A DNA stretch of 64,000 nucleotides from Geosiphon pyriformis uo1 (Eukaryota; Fungi; Glomeromycota). Made by a program: the position numbers and the translations under genes. The notes beneath the pieces are model-generated. The model was given only the letters and a program-made list of their open reading frames with translations, did not search any database and was not told the DNA's origin. The stretch spans positions 186,001 to 250,000 of the forward strand of contig JAAOMT010000531.1 in the NCBI GenBank assembly GCA_016748015.1, given 5' to 3'. Shown piece after piece: positions 40,825 to 55,100 of this stretch; position 1 is the stretch's first letter, and every line of letters begins with the position of its first letter.

Positions 40825-41110
40825 TGTTCGTGACCTGGCGGTTGCTGGCTCTGGAGCCTCTGCTCGCAAGGAGGGTTTTGATCATGGCTTGTCGGTGTGT
40901 TTTGGTCTAGCGGTAGGTTCGCAGTTCGTTTCGAATGAATTTTGTAGAGCTTTCAGGATGGTTAGTGCGTCGCGTTTGAATATTGTGTAGTGTAGCCTTG
41001 ATTGGCCTGAGTGGCTAGTCACATGTAGACAAGGCGTGAGTTACATCTATTTTTAGCTGTATTGTAGTAGGTAGTGGTTGGGCCGCACTCGTAAAATAAA
41101 AAAAATAAAG
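40825..41110 (+). mobile_element. 5'-truncated LINE (~290 bp: last ORF2 codons + 3' UTR + poly(A))
   Basis: gtgtagtgtagccttgattggcctgagtggctagtcacatgtagacaaggcgtgag...ttgggccgcactcgtaaaataaaaaaaa closely matches copy 1 at 18684-18810. It is a GC- and CpG-rich island in AT-rich flanks. Confidence 0.87.
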
Positions 41111-41766
41111 TTATTTGATTTCCATAAATAAATTGAGAATAGTTAGTAGCTTCACTATTTATCGCGATCTCTTCCAAGTTTAGAAATATATCATAATTTT
41201 CTGTTCTCTCATTCAAATTATCATAAATAGATAGATAAACAGATAGATAGAGTAATGATTTTTTGCAAACTTTAAAAGAAGTCAGGCAGTGTTGACTATC
41301 AATAGATACATTTGGTCTTTAATAATAAATAAAAAATACTTTCTCTTGGCTTCTTTCTTGATAATTCCCAAATTTAATTTTAACTTCCAAACATAATGTT
41401 GGATTTGAATCAAAATATGTAATTTTAAATAGAAATGGACAAAACATATATGTGGCTTAGAAAAAAGTACAAGAATTCATGAAACAAAGAAGTCCTTTTA
41501 AGGAGATCAAACTATTGACGAAATAATTTCTATGGTATAGATATTAATAATTCAAGCAGCGGTGGGTTCATCATTTTTGATAATATTAAGGATTGACAAC
41601 TAATTTCAAAATTTGGTTGAGTCTTCACACTTGTAAATTTTAACAAACTAGTCTTTAATTAATCAAGCCATTCCAATATGATTTATTATAAAGTCGTGAG
41701 GTGAAACGAAGTTGTCCACATAATTCAACCCATTCACCTTTAAATCTTTTCTAAAGAACTCCAAAA

Positions 41767-42698
41767 ATGAAACCTTTTTTCGCTTTATTGCTTATTATTG
41801 CTTCATCGACCGCTGTTTTTGCTATTCCTTATGTGTATAGACGTCAATCACAGGAAAATGGTCCTGGATGTGTTGGGTTCGCTATTACATCTCTGGTTCA
41901 GCCTAATCTAAGTTTCACCAATGGTATTTTTCAAATATCAATAATCTATCATAAATTTCTTTGGCAGTTTCTAATTTATTCCACTTTCATTTAATCTAGG
42001 TCAATGCTACCAAGTATCTTTTAACGTCGGATCAAGTGATGTTAAAACTGTCACAAATATTGATTTAGTTGATTCTTCGGGTAATCTAGTAAAAAGTCAA
42101 TACAGTGGTTCAATCTCGACCGCAGATACTTTCTATACGCCCTATTTTCAGTTGAATCTAGGCGAATCGCCTAAAACTGGAACTTATCATTTCCTGACTA
42201 CAGCTTTAACCTCAGCCGGGGATACTTGCACTTTCCCTACTGAGGAATTTACCGGGATTGTTAATCCAAATAGTNNNNNNNNNNNNNNNNNNNNGGTTCA
42301 GCCTAATCTAAGTTTCACCAATGGTATTTTTCAAATATCAATAATCTATCATAAATTTCTTTGGCAGTTTCTAATTTATTCCACTTTCATTTAATCTAGG
42401 TCAATGCTACCAAGTATCTTTTAACGTCGGATCAAGTGATGTTAAAACTGTCACAAATATTGATTTAGTTGATTCTTCGGGTAATCTAGTAAAAAGTCAA
42501 TACAGTGGTTCAATCTCGACCGCAGATACTTTCTATACGCCCTATTTTCAGTTGAATCTAGGCGAATCGCCTAAAACTGGAACTTATCATTTCCTGACTA
42601 CAGCTTTAACCTCAGCCGGGGATACTTGCACTTTCCCTACTGAGGAATTTACCGGGATTGTTAATCCAAATAGTCCTCCTTCTGTTTGTCCCGCTTAA
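41767..42698 (+). CDS. Small secreted Cys-containing protein, 151 aa (exon 1 41767-41923; exon 2 from 42000, complete copy 42400-42698 after gap-associated duplication)
   Basis: Signal peptide MKPFFALLLIIASSTAVFA and dibasic YRR|Q site. Intron 41924-41999. Exon 2 encodes GQCYQVSFNVGSSDVK...GDTCTFPTEEFTGIVNPNSPPSVCPA*. The protein has four Cys and a beta-strand-rich pattern. Confidence 0.85.
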
Positions 42699-44539
42699 AT
42701 ATATTTTAGAGCTAGTAATTTAGGGTAGAAAATACAAACTAGACATCTTTTTAAAATAGAAACATTTATCTATATTCGGTTAAGGTTAAATTAAATGAGA
42801 ACTTCTCATATCTCCTTTATATTACCCAACTTTTTTAAACTTTATCTTTTTATTAGATCACTACTCAATTAGAATGCCTATTTTCAAAATAAATTATAAA
42901 AATTTATGAAAGAATTTAATTCTAAATTTAAATACCGATTATCAATTTTATTTCAATAATAGAGGCTATAAAAGTGGGTTAAATATCAATTTTATTAGGA
43001 GGTAAATATCACAAGTAAAAACGATGAGAGAAATAAAAAAGTATAAAATAAAATATAAAAAACTTATTTTCAAACAATTTGGAAAGTTAATGATTTAATT
43101 ATTTTCTCAATTATAAATTTTATGTATCAATAAAAACACCTTTTTTTGTATTCAGATTTACATTTTGACCTTTTTTCAAATTATAACTCTGAAAATCAAA
43201 ATTTTGAAATTAGTATATTTAATTTTTCAACTTTTAAGTTATCAAATAATATCACAAAAGTTTTAAATGAAATAAATAAATAAAATTTAAAATTTAAAAT
43301 AGTAAGAGAATATGCTCCCATTTTTGGAAATATATTTTTAAAATAAAAAACTGTCTTATAAAAATTATTAAGACATAAAATATATGAAACGCACTCGCGC
43401 TTCTTTTTTGTTCTAAATTTCAAAAATAGTTTGCTGGTTAATTCAGAAATAATCGCTCAAACAAAATCTTAAGCTGAAAATTTTGAAATCATTCAAAGCT
43501 ATTTTTAACCAAATTTATACTATTGTTATATTTGGGTTTCTCATTTAATTATTATTTTATTTTATTTTATTTTTAATTATCTATTTAAACTTTTTTTTAA
43601 TTTATATAAATTTCATAAGTTAAATTAATTATTTTATTATACTTTATCAACTGCTATTTATTTACAATTAATATATAATAAATACAGCTTATGTAGTATT
43701 ACCAGAAAAATTTTTACTTTCTTTAATCTTTGTTTATTAATATGTTATAATGTTGCTAAAAATAGCCAATTTTTATTGTTACAAAATAACTTGAAATCCA
43801 AATAATTGTTGTGTAAATGCTGCAAACTTACTTTTAATAACCAAAATTTATTGGTATTAAACAATTGTTATCTATTGCTTTTTTAAACAGTTTTTAGCTA
43901 TAAAAATCTTTGTAATAATAACCGCAATTAAATCTCAATTTAAATAGAAATTTAAAGCTGAATTTTAATATTTAAAATTCTAAATTTATTTAAAGATTAA
44001 TTTTAATTATCTATTAATTTTGGGTTTTTAATATTATTAAAACTTAGAATTCAATAACAATTTTTAAGCAAAGAGAAAAAAATTTAATTTTAAAATTATT
44101 GTAAACTTAAAAATTTAGAACATTAAAAATTAATAAGTTTAATTTTAATGACTGTATTTAAAGATTTTTAAAATATAAATTTTATATAATACAGTTTTAT
44201 GTTTTTTTAATAATTAACAATATTATATAGTAATTAAAATACAGTTTTTAAAAACATTAAGCATTAAAACAAAATCATTTATTTAATAATCTTTAATAAA
44301 TAATATTATTATTAAAAAATATTTTTTTAATGTTTATAATGCTAATTTAACTTTTTAAAATTAGCAATAATAATATTTAATTAAAAAAAGTGCTTTTAAA
44401 CATAATTTAATTAACTTTTATAATTAATAAAAATTAACCAACAAAAATTATATTAAATAATACAGCTAAATATTAAATTGTATTTAACTTAATAGATATA
44501 TTATTAGTATTATTATTTAAATAAAAAAAAATATTGATA

Positions 44540-47500
44540 TTTTTTTTTTATGTTTTATAAATAAAATTCAAACACTACTTAATATAATACATCAAACTAA
44601 GTAATCTAAATTAGATATAAATCATGTATTTTCTATATATAATCAGCTATTTAGACCAATTAAAACAATATTATACATTCATATAAACAGAAATCATATT
44701 TTCAACATTTGAAAAAAATGAACATAACTTGTGTCAACCAAAACTAATTCTAAAAGCTTTAACAATTCCAAGCAACTTGACAATATTACATAATAATACA
44801 AATAAAAAACCAGCAAAATTCAATAGTATTATCTTATTATGTAAAATCAAACCATTTTTTTTTAAAAAAACTTGGTGTTTGGAATAAACAAACTAGATAT
44901 TAATCTTATAAGATAAACTACAGTTATACAATAAATTTACAATCTTATTAGCCACAACTTTAGAGTTTTAAAAACTAACAAAAATTTTTAAAGCCAATTT
45001 TTAAAAACAAAACTTTTATACAAAACAGTATACAAACTAACATTAAAAAAACATAAAAAAAACAGTTAAAATATATACAATAATAATTTATTCAAGCTAA
45101 ATATTGTTTTTTAGATAGCAATATATAAATTAAAAAAATTTTTGTACATATTTACATCTATTTTGCAAGAAAAAAAGTGATCTAAAAACTCAATTTTATT
45201 ATAATAGAGATATAATATACTTTAATAATATTTATTATACAAAAATTTATAAATAATTACAAAAAGTCTATAATATAAGACTTTTATAAAGTAAGAGCAT
45301 ATATCAGTTATTGTTTTACTTATAAAACTGGCAGCCATATAAAAATTAAAATACCAAACTAATAATAAAAAGACCCAAATCAATATTTTTAATTAAATTA
45401 CTACATAAAAATTTAATATCAAATCTGATTTCTTAATAAGCATAATAGACAGTTTGAAAAATTTTATAAACAAAATATTTTGTATTACTTAATACAATTA
45501 AACTATTAACTACAATAAATCTTTTTTGAATATGAATTAAAAGTACTATATTTGAAAAAAAGACAGTATTAATTATAACATTAGTTTTTTTATTGTTAAA
45601 AATACCAAAATGTCTTTTAACTTTGTTTTAAACAACTTTTTAATCTTTTTCTCTAATAATATTAATAATATGTTGCTATTTAATCTAACAGTAATTATAA
45701 AAGTTTGGAAAAAGCAAAGCCAATTTTAAAAAGCATATATTCAAAGCCACTTAGTTGTTAGATTTTATTTTGATTACACAAAAAAGAATATATACTTTAA
45801 AGCCAATATAATAATCTACAACTTAATTATTGTAAAAAAACTAGATTTAATAGTTTTACATTTATACTTAGACCCAAATTTTTTTAAAATACTATAGCAT
45901 TAACTTTTATGTTTAAAGTATTTAGATTACTTAAAGATTTATTAATGTAAACAGAAAGACAAATTGTATTAATACTAAATAACTAATTATAAATTAAACT
46001 AAACTTACATAATTTTAACATATCTAAAAACACAATATTAGAATTTAAAAAAAAACAGCACAATAAAAAGCAGAAACATTTAAAAACTCAATGACAAAAG
46101 TAAATTACTTAAAAGCTGAATTTTAAAAGTTCAGTCTTTTCTAATATTTGAATTAAAAATATAACTTTTTTTATTATATAATTTTTTGATAAAAGCAATA
46201 TCAAATTATTTAAAAGAGTAGAGCATCTTAAAAAATACTGAATTATTTAATACCACTAATATAAAAATTCTATCTAAAAATTTAAAAGCTAAAAATAGAG
46301 TATTTATTAAAAACAAGTTATAATCAAAAAGAGTTTTTACTATACCAATCAAAAAATTATTTATTGAACTGACTTTAAAATAAATTAAAAAACACAACAA
46401 ATAAAAAACCAGCTTAAAATTTATAAGTTGAAAATCTATGATTAATAATTTTTCTAAAATATTATTAGTATTAAAAAAACTCAATATAAAAGCCAACTTA
46501 TACTTAGTTTATATCTGTTTGAATGGTTTTAAGTCATATAAAAAAAATAATAAATTACAATTCTTGAAAAATTCAAAAAAAAACCAAATTTTAACTTTAA
46601 ATCTTTATAAACCAAAGTATTTTACTTATTATACACACTAATAAAAACAAAATTAAACTAAATTCTATAATTAATAATAAAATATAACATTATTAAAACC
46701 AAATATAAAAACTATATATTAAAAATAACTTTTTTTGAGACTTTATTTGCAAAAAATTTGATATTTAAATAAGTTTTCAATAAGCTAGATTTTGATAAAT
46801 TCTCAATTAATAAAAAAATATTTAGATATTTATAAAGTTTTTTTTTTGTAATTGAAATAAGTGAATTACTAATTATTAAATAAAAAACTGCAATTTTATA
46901 ATTAATAAAAATAGATATTGTCTTATTAATATAAAAAAACTTATTAACAGTATTTAATATATATTAAATTACAGTTTAATTATTATTTATTCAAATAATA
47001 TTATCAACAAAAGCACTAATAACAAGAAAAAATATTGTGTTAATTTGGCTTTTAATTTATTTTGTTTTAGCTACTAATCTTAAATTAATCTTATATTTAT
47101 ATATATGTTTTGTTTCTTAATTTTATAAAATAAAAAATTATAAAAAATGTGTCAAAAAAAAGAAGAGAACATTTTATTCTGATATAATTTATTATTTATA
47201 TAATAACTATTTATTAGACCAAAATTTGTTATAACTTAATTAATCTAATTATTGTGGATATTATTAAAAAATCTAACAAATTTGTCATACATTTTAATTT
47301 GAACTATGCTATTTTTTAAGTATTTTTAGCCTACTAAATTATATGTTTTGTACATATTTTGAAGAACAAACCAAAATTTTTAGTTTTTTTCCAAAATATT
47401 TTTTACTACTAATCTAAATATAAATATTAGAAATTATATTATTATGCTTTTTAGTACTGAAAAATTATTTTTATAAAGAATATTAAATTTGTTGCAGACC

Positions 47501-50332
47501 AAAAAAATCATGTTAGATAAGATTTTAAAAAGAATTTTTTAAGTAGTTTTTATTAAAACATAGATTTAATGTTTGTTAAATCTTATTTCAATTATATAAT
47601 TTAGGAATTATTAATATTTATGTCTCTTTTTAAGACTGAAAAACTAATTTACACATTAAACAAATGTTTAAAAAATCTAATAATATATTTAAAACTAAAA
47701 TATCATAATGCTTCCAAAGTTTATTTAAAATTTTAAATAGTTTAAAAGCTTTTTTATTAGACAATTTTATTATAATACATATTATTATATCAAAACCAAT
47801 TATGTTTATAACTTCAGAAAAAGTGTTATTAATTATAGAAGTTAAGAGCAAATATTATTAAAACTATTTTATAAAAACAACTTTTATTATTTTCTGTGTT
47901 TTTGTTTATTCTTTTATAACTAAATTTATCTTAAATTTAATCTTATTAAGCTTTAGCATCAGCTTACTATTATTTATTAAATAATTTAAAACAACTTTAT
48001 AAAAAAAAACACTTTAAAATATTTTTAATAGTGTGATTTTTATTAACTTCAAAATTTTTTATTTTTTTATTGATTTTAGAATTGATTTTTATAGTCTTGG
48101 TTTATTAAAATTTAAAAAACTTAAATGCATAATACATCTTCTGAATTTTGGCCAATTCAAATCTGATATCATTAAGATTGGCATCTAATACCAAAAAATT
48201 CTGAATACAAAGAGCATATATCTTATTAAGTAACAACCAACAATTTTATAAAGCATTAAACTTATAATTAAGATCTAAATAAGAAGTCTAAACAATCTTA
48301 GAAACCAGAATTTTCAATTTGTAAAAGCAGAATAAAGTTTTAATGAAAATGTTTTTAAAATTTTTGTTTTAAAATTTGAAAAAAATCTTGTTGACCAAAA
48401 AATACTCAAATTTTCAAATAATATTTTACATAAAATTTACATTAAAAAAAATTTTTAGACTAGAAAAACTCTTATTAAATACAGTAATATTAGTTAATAT
48501 AGATTTTTTAAAACATGCTTATTTGGGTATATTAGTGTTTTTAAAGTTGTATTTTTATTAGTTTTTGTTAATTTGTCTATAAAAAACACATAAATACACA
48601 TTCAAAAAACTGTTTAACCCAATAAAAACAAAAACAAACTGATAATTAATATTAAAAAATTTATTCATATTTAAAATTTAGTAAAACAAAACAAAATTAA
48701 TTGTTTTATTGATGCTTCTGAAATTTTTTCAAATAAAAATCTTAGCAAATAAATTTCTAATTAAAAAATTGACCAGACTTAAATTTAAATATTTCTTAAA
48801 ATTAGTATTGTATTTGGTATTATTCTTATTAAAATCATTTTTTAAGATAACAAAAGTACTTTTATTAAATGTTTTAACTATAAAAAAGTTAATAATAAAA
48901 GCTTAAACCAAATGTTTTTTCAAAAAAACACTTGTATATAAACCTAATACAGATATTAATTTCTTATTATTAAATAGTAAATAAATTATTAAAAGCTTAT
49001 TAAAAATTTTAGTTATATTTAATATATAACAAACCAAATATTTATTTACAATAATTATAATAACTGCATCCAAAAATTCTAATTTTAAATCAAAAGTAAA
49101 TATTTTTACTTTACTAAATTTATTAATGACTTAAAATCTAATATTAAAACAAAGCTTGATTTTTATAACAATTAAAATATTATTTTCAAGTTTTTTATAC
49201 TATCTAACAATATTATTTTTTTTGTAAAGATATTTATATTCCTAATATTACATGTAATAATTTTCTAAATAAGCTTAATTATTAAAAATATAAAAAAAAA
49301 ATGTATTTTAAATAAAAGCAAAGTTTTCAAATCTTATTATTAAATTCATAACAGATACAAAAAAATTATTTAGTTGGGTTTTTAATTTATTAATATTCTA
49401 ATATTTTAAAAAAACCAAAAACATAGCAGTTTTACTATTAGTAAATACATTCAAATTTTTTATTATTATTATATTACTTATTAAATTTTGTAATAGAAGA
49501 ATTATTAGTAATTAACATTTAAAACTAGGCTAAAAAACTACTAATATAAATATATTTAATTTTTTAATTAACTTATTAATTTGTTTTGCAAAATTGACAA
49601 GACTGTATTTAATATTAGTAAATTATAATTTCATATTACTCATAATTATCAAAAAAATTTAATTTTGCTAGAAATACTAGATTAAAAAAAAACATTAAAA
49701 AGCATTTGAAAGAAAGATCTACTAATCACAAATATTGTTATCAATTAAAATCTAAGATATCAAGTAGCATAAAATTATTTTTATAATTTTTATTATTAAT
49801 TAACATATATTATTGGTTCAATTTATTACTTACTATCTTATTAAATTATCCGAATTATTATTTAATTAATAATTTAATTTGTACAAAACACAAATATAAT
49901 CAAATTATAATAATTAAATTATGTAATATATTAAACTATATAACATTTAAAATTTGCAAAAATATGTAGTAATTTGACAAAATAATTAAAAATTCACTGA
50001 AATAATTCATAGTTTACAAAAATAACTTGTAGCTTGACAAAATATATTTTTAGTTTGCCAAAATATTAAAAAAAAAGTGTTAAATTATAAAATAATATTA
50101 CAACAAATTGTATAAAAGAAGAATTTTTTTTTTGAAAAATTATATTTTGTACCAAATATTTTTTTTAGAATAATCTTTTTTATAAATCAAATTAAATAAA
50201 AACTTATTTTAAAAAACATAAAATTTTCCAATTATTAGTGTTTTAAAAGTAACTATATTATATTAATATTTTGAAATTAATTAGTTATTAATTTTAGTAA
50301 TTGTTAATAATTTTTAAGTTTAGATTAAAAAC

Positions 50333-50370
<38 letters not shown>

Positions 50371-52180
50371 TATTAAATAGTTTATAGTTAAGATTTTTTG
50401 TAAAAAAATTGATTTTTACAATAAAGTAACTACATATTATTTGAAAAGTTTACAAATAAAATTTTTTTGTAAATGATTTAATTTTTACTGTAAAATAATT
50501 ATACAAATAATTGGCACAAAATTGGCTATTTTATTATAAATCCAACAATATATATAGTTCAAAGTATAGAAAAATACTTTAAAAAGAAATTAACTTATTA
50601 AAAGTTTATTAATTTCTATTAACAACAAAATTAACAATAAAATAGCATTAATAATATCAAAAAAAGTAGAAAAACCTCTAATAATAATGTTTAAAATTTG
50701 TTATCAAAGACTATTAGATAGACAACAAAGACAAATTTTTTTATATAAATTTTGTTTAGTCTGATTAAATTAAAAGTTAAAAAAAAGTTTTTTTCTTTCT
50801 TATTATTAATTTATTTTTACTTAAATTACAACCAAAAAAAGTGTAATCAAGTTTTTTATAACTTAAATAAATTATTAAAGTCAGATATGACCAATAAAGT
50901 ATATTATTTTTTATAATAAAAACTATAGTCATAGCTTTGATCAAATTTTTTTTGAATTAAAACACACAATAATATACTTAGCTTTAATATAACTAACAGA
51001 ATTGTATTTAATTAAATAAGTTTTTCTATTAATTAAGTTAATAAAATTTTATAAATTATAAGTATTTATTTTCATTAAAAGTATATAAAGTAAAGTAAAC
51101 TTATTTCTGAAATTCTATAATTGTTTATTAATATTAGCTTTGGTTACACAAACTGTGTCTTTTTTAATAAAAATAGACTATTTAAAAACTAAAAAATTAG
51201 CCTTATTTTGATTAACTAATTTTATAACTGTCTTTTATTACAGTTTTATTAATTATATTTTGATTAACTTAATAGTATTAAAACCAATAAGTGTAGTTTG
51301 CACAGTCTTTACTAATGTTTTTATAAAATTTTTTTTAATTATTATTGTTTAATTTGTTCAGTTGTTTATTAAGTATTTAAAATTGGTATTTATTATAATA
51401 TTTTTATTATTTGTCAAATTTGCTATTATTATTAATATTTTTTTAGAAGTAAAAAACACTCAAATTATTTTATTAAATTTTGAAAAAATAAAAGTTTTTC
51501 CAAAATCATTCATACCAAAAAAAAATTAAAATTTTTTTAAGATAACTTTCCAAATATTGCTAAGAGATTAATATCTAGAGCAAAAAACTTGTGAACCAAA
51601 ATATCTATTAAAAACTTTAAAAAAAGAGAAAAAAAGAAAGAAAAAAACTTATTTAAAGAATTATTCTTATTATTATTGTTAATATTAAAATTAATTCATT
51701 TAAGAAATTTACTAAATACATATTTTGTTATGGTTTTTTTTGGCTTTTTGGGAGTTATGTTTACATCTTTGTGCTTTAACTTTTTATTACTACCAAATTA
51801 AAACCTGATTTTTTTATAAAAAACTTCTTATTTATGTCCATATTTTTTGTATTAATGATGTTTCTAGTATTTGATCTAGATGTTTTATTAGATTTAAGTA
51901 TGTTTTGAAAAATGTTTGTGTTAGCTTTAACAACAGGTTTCTTTAGAATACTCTTTTTGTATTTTTTTCTAGTAAACAAATTTAAAGTTACAAAATTAGC
52001 ACCAGATTTTTTTTGGTATTCTTTATACTTAAACCACTGCCAAAGTTAGCAATATTGTATTTAAACAGAAAGAGTTTTAAGATATCTAACTAAATAGTAA
52101 AAAATAAACAAAGACAGAAAAAACATTTTTCAAATTTATTGCATTTTTTTAGAAATTTGGAACATAGAAAAGAAAGAAAT
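44540..52180 (-). mobile_element. Near-full-length LINE copy 3, extremely AT-eroded ghost (with ~1.1 kb non-LINE insert near 49770-50860)
   Basis: The 3' UTR at 44560-44665 aligns with the 21601 and 23270 copies. The ORF1/ORF2 junction remnant is at ~49245-49285 (rc TAATAATTAAGCTTATTTAGAAAATTATTACATGTAAT). The ORF1 N-terminal remnant at 51776-51979 (SNTRNIINTKNMDINKKFFIKKS) is the G>A version of copy 1 SKAGDTTESDSVDIEEEFLIKEI. The 5' end at ~52140-52180 matches copy 1. Confidence 0.82.
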
Positions 52181-55100
52181 ATATTTTTTATAATATGTTT
52201 AAAATCAAATTAATTTTATTGTTATTTATAAATAGATTAAAGTTTAAAAATTGATAAAAAATTTAAAATTGAATAATTAAACAATTAAACCGAACTATTT
52301 TTTTTAAAAAAAAACATATTTAAAAATACTTAATACAATATTAAAGTTTTTAAAAACGCCAAAATTTTTTTTTAAATTACAAGTGTTAAAAATTGTATTT
52401 TGGCTGTTTTTTTTTCTTTTAGTTATTTAAAAAAGTAGTAATAATAATAGTTATTGCAAAAAAACAAAAATTTTGGAATATTTGTTAACAGGAGAAAGAA
52501 TATTAGAACTGTTTTTAGTGTGTTTTTTTAAAGAAAATTTGACTAAAAAAAAGCTTTTAGTTAAAGAAAAAATTGGTTTAACAATTAAAAATTACTTTAA
52601 ATTTTTTTTTCTAACAAAAAAGTTTTTGAAATATATTATTTAACTATTTTTGTTACCAAAAGAATTTTTTGCTTATTGTTTTTTCAGTTATAATAACAGA
52701 AATAGTAATTGCATCTTTTTTTCTAGTTGTGAACATAAAATTTACAAGATTAGCAGTTTTCTTTAATTATTATTTATTACTTAATTTTTGATGTTTTTGT
52801 TTATTAGTTAAAAATTTTAAGTTAAAAAAAATCAATTTTTTGAAAGGTTTAAATTTTCAAGATTAATTATTTTTTATTTTGATCAAGATGTTTTTTTTAG
52901 AAAAGTAATTTTAATGTTTAAATTTATTTTTTTGGTTGAAATCTGACATATACAATCCATTTGTGATTGGATGAAATTATTATTATTTTTCAGTTACAAT
53001 TTTGATTTTGATCTTTGTATTATATCAAATTTTATATGAAACTTCGATTAAAGAATAGAAACATAGTCGATATGTTTAACTCATCTGTGAATAGAGGAAA
53101 CATGATTATTTTAAATAGTTTTTTATAAATGTTAGCACCAAAAAATCACACGCATCTTTACCAAATATGGTTTTTAGAGGCTTCCCTATTATTTGGACCT
53201 CATGTAATGAACGGTTTAAGAAATTTATCCTATTAAGTGAATTTTAATTCAAAATTTTTGACCAATAAATATAGAATCATATTCGGTCCAATTCAGAAAG
53301 CTTAAAAAATCTCATCGGCGTTTTAAACGAAGTTGACAATAGAAACAAAAGCATTGACCCAAAGTCTTTATTTCCTCAGCAGATTGATAATACATTTTTC
53401 AGTTTTTTGAATTGAAAATCTTGATGATCCCAGGTTACCTTCTCAATCTACCACATTACATAATCAATGGGACAAATATACAAGGTGAGTTGACAAAACA
53501 GAGAAGGTCTAATTAAGGAATTCGAAATTATATAAAAAGCAAGTTAGTGGCACATTAAGATTTTCATCATTGAGTTTATGACACTATTGTTCAAATCTTG
53601 GCAAATAAACCCAAATATCGAGATAATTTATTTTGGATTCAGAAAGGCGACAAATGTGTTGGTAAGTGTATCAATGATCGATTTATTATTGGATGAGTGT
53701 TTAAACTTATCTTTTGGCTTTCAACATGGTTACCGAGATATATTAATGGGAAACCTCTTCAAATTAATTGAAAATTTGTGACTTTTTAAGCTGAAGCTTA
53801 GTCTCTTACGTTGAAAGGTGGATCTCAAAAGTTGCTGGTTTATGACATTTCGGATTAGCCCTAGAAATTTATAATCATTTCAAGAAAAATTTCAGCTCAA
53901 GTAACAAACATTTGATTCGGTGCTGTTGAAGAAAAGAATTCTTTCAAGTGGTCGAGGTAAAAGATTTCAAAATTCGGAAAATTTCCAGAATACCCATTGA
54001 AAACTACGAAACTTCTTCAATGTGAATATGGTTAGGTGGTTGAAAGTTCAAGAAAGATGACAAGCTTACTGAAGAATGTTGTTGAAATTAAGAAAAATAA
54101 TAATCAAAATTTTTTCTTTAACAATATCCATGTAATTTTTTTAATAAAAATTTCATTTCTTGAAATTTACAATTTGTGTTTGGGATTTTATATCTGATAA
54201 ATTCAATTAGGTTTATATATTTTGAATTTGAATTAAGCATTTAAATTTAAATTTCAATAGTTAGGAAACAAGAGAAAATCAAATGAGAATTAATAATATC
54301 ATTATGATTCATTGAGATAGGACTTGACTGGAAGTATCGTTCTTTTTCTTCCTATAGGTTTGAAATTGATTTTTCCTAGCGACGAATATTTTGAAATCAT
54401 CTTTTACTTTTATTGGAAAAAGACTTAAAAATCTCATTTGATAATGTTATGAACATTAGCTTCCTTTTAAATTTGAAATTACTTTGAGTTACCATAAATT
54501 TGCCGAGCCAAATTACATCCACCTGTTTCTCATGAAAAAAAAGCAACCTTTCCATTTCTAGGAAAACTCTGACTACGGCCAAATTCAAAGGATGTATTTT
54601 ATAAAAAAGGTTTGTCATAAGAGTCATAATTGTAAAAGTTTGTTATCCAAAGCAGAAAATTAAAGAGAGAATAAAAATCTCGTTCTACATATAACTTTTT
54701 GTAAATGTTTGGTTTTCTGTTAAATCTTGAAAAATAGAGCGTTCAAAGAAACCTCAAATATATTTTACTATATTTAAATACCAATAACAATAAGCCATTA
54801 TTTCAATCTTCCAATCAACCAACAAACTTAGCTTTTTAAATTGCATAATGAAGACGCTCCGGGTTACAAGCTCAATGAATGAGAAGTCCTGGAACATTCT
54901 CTTTCATCCCCCTTCCCCTTTCCCTTTCCCTTCATCTCATCACCGAAGGGTACAGAATTCTCCAAAGGTTTGGCAAGTATTTTACTTGTATTAAATTATG
55001 ATTATGGACTAATCCAAGAAAATATTTCTACATCGTAGGCTTCCAACAAAACTTTCACGCTGACCAAGAAATAATTCTTTTCATAGTTTCTCTTTCTGAA

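Noticed and set aside
42295-42674. Apparent tandem duplication of the secreted-protein gene (repeat of 41895-42274)
   Set aside because: It appears identical by eye, is offset by 400 bp and abuts a 20-N gap. It is most likely an unmerged contig overlap, though it might reflect collapsed extra copies.
43500-52900. Organellar insertion or centromere suggested by extreme AT content
   Set aside because: Most of it aligns to the LINE family and no organellar genes are visible. A centromeric role cannot be judged from sequence alone.
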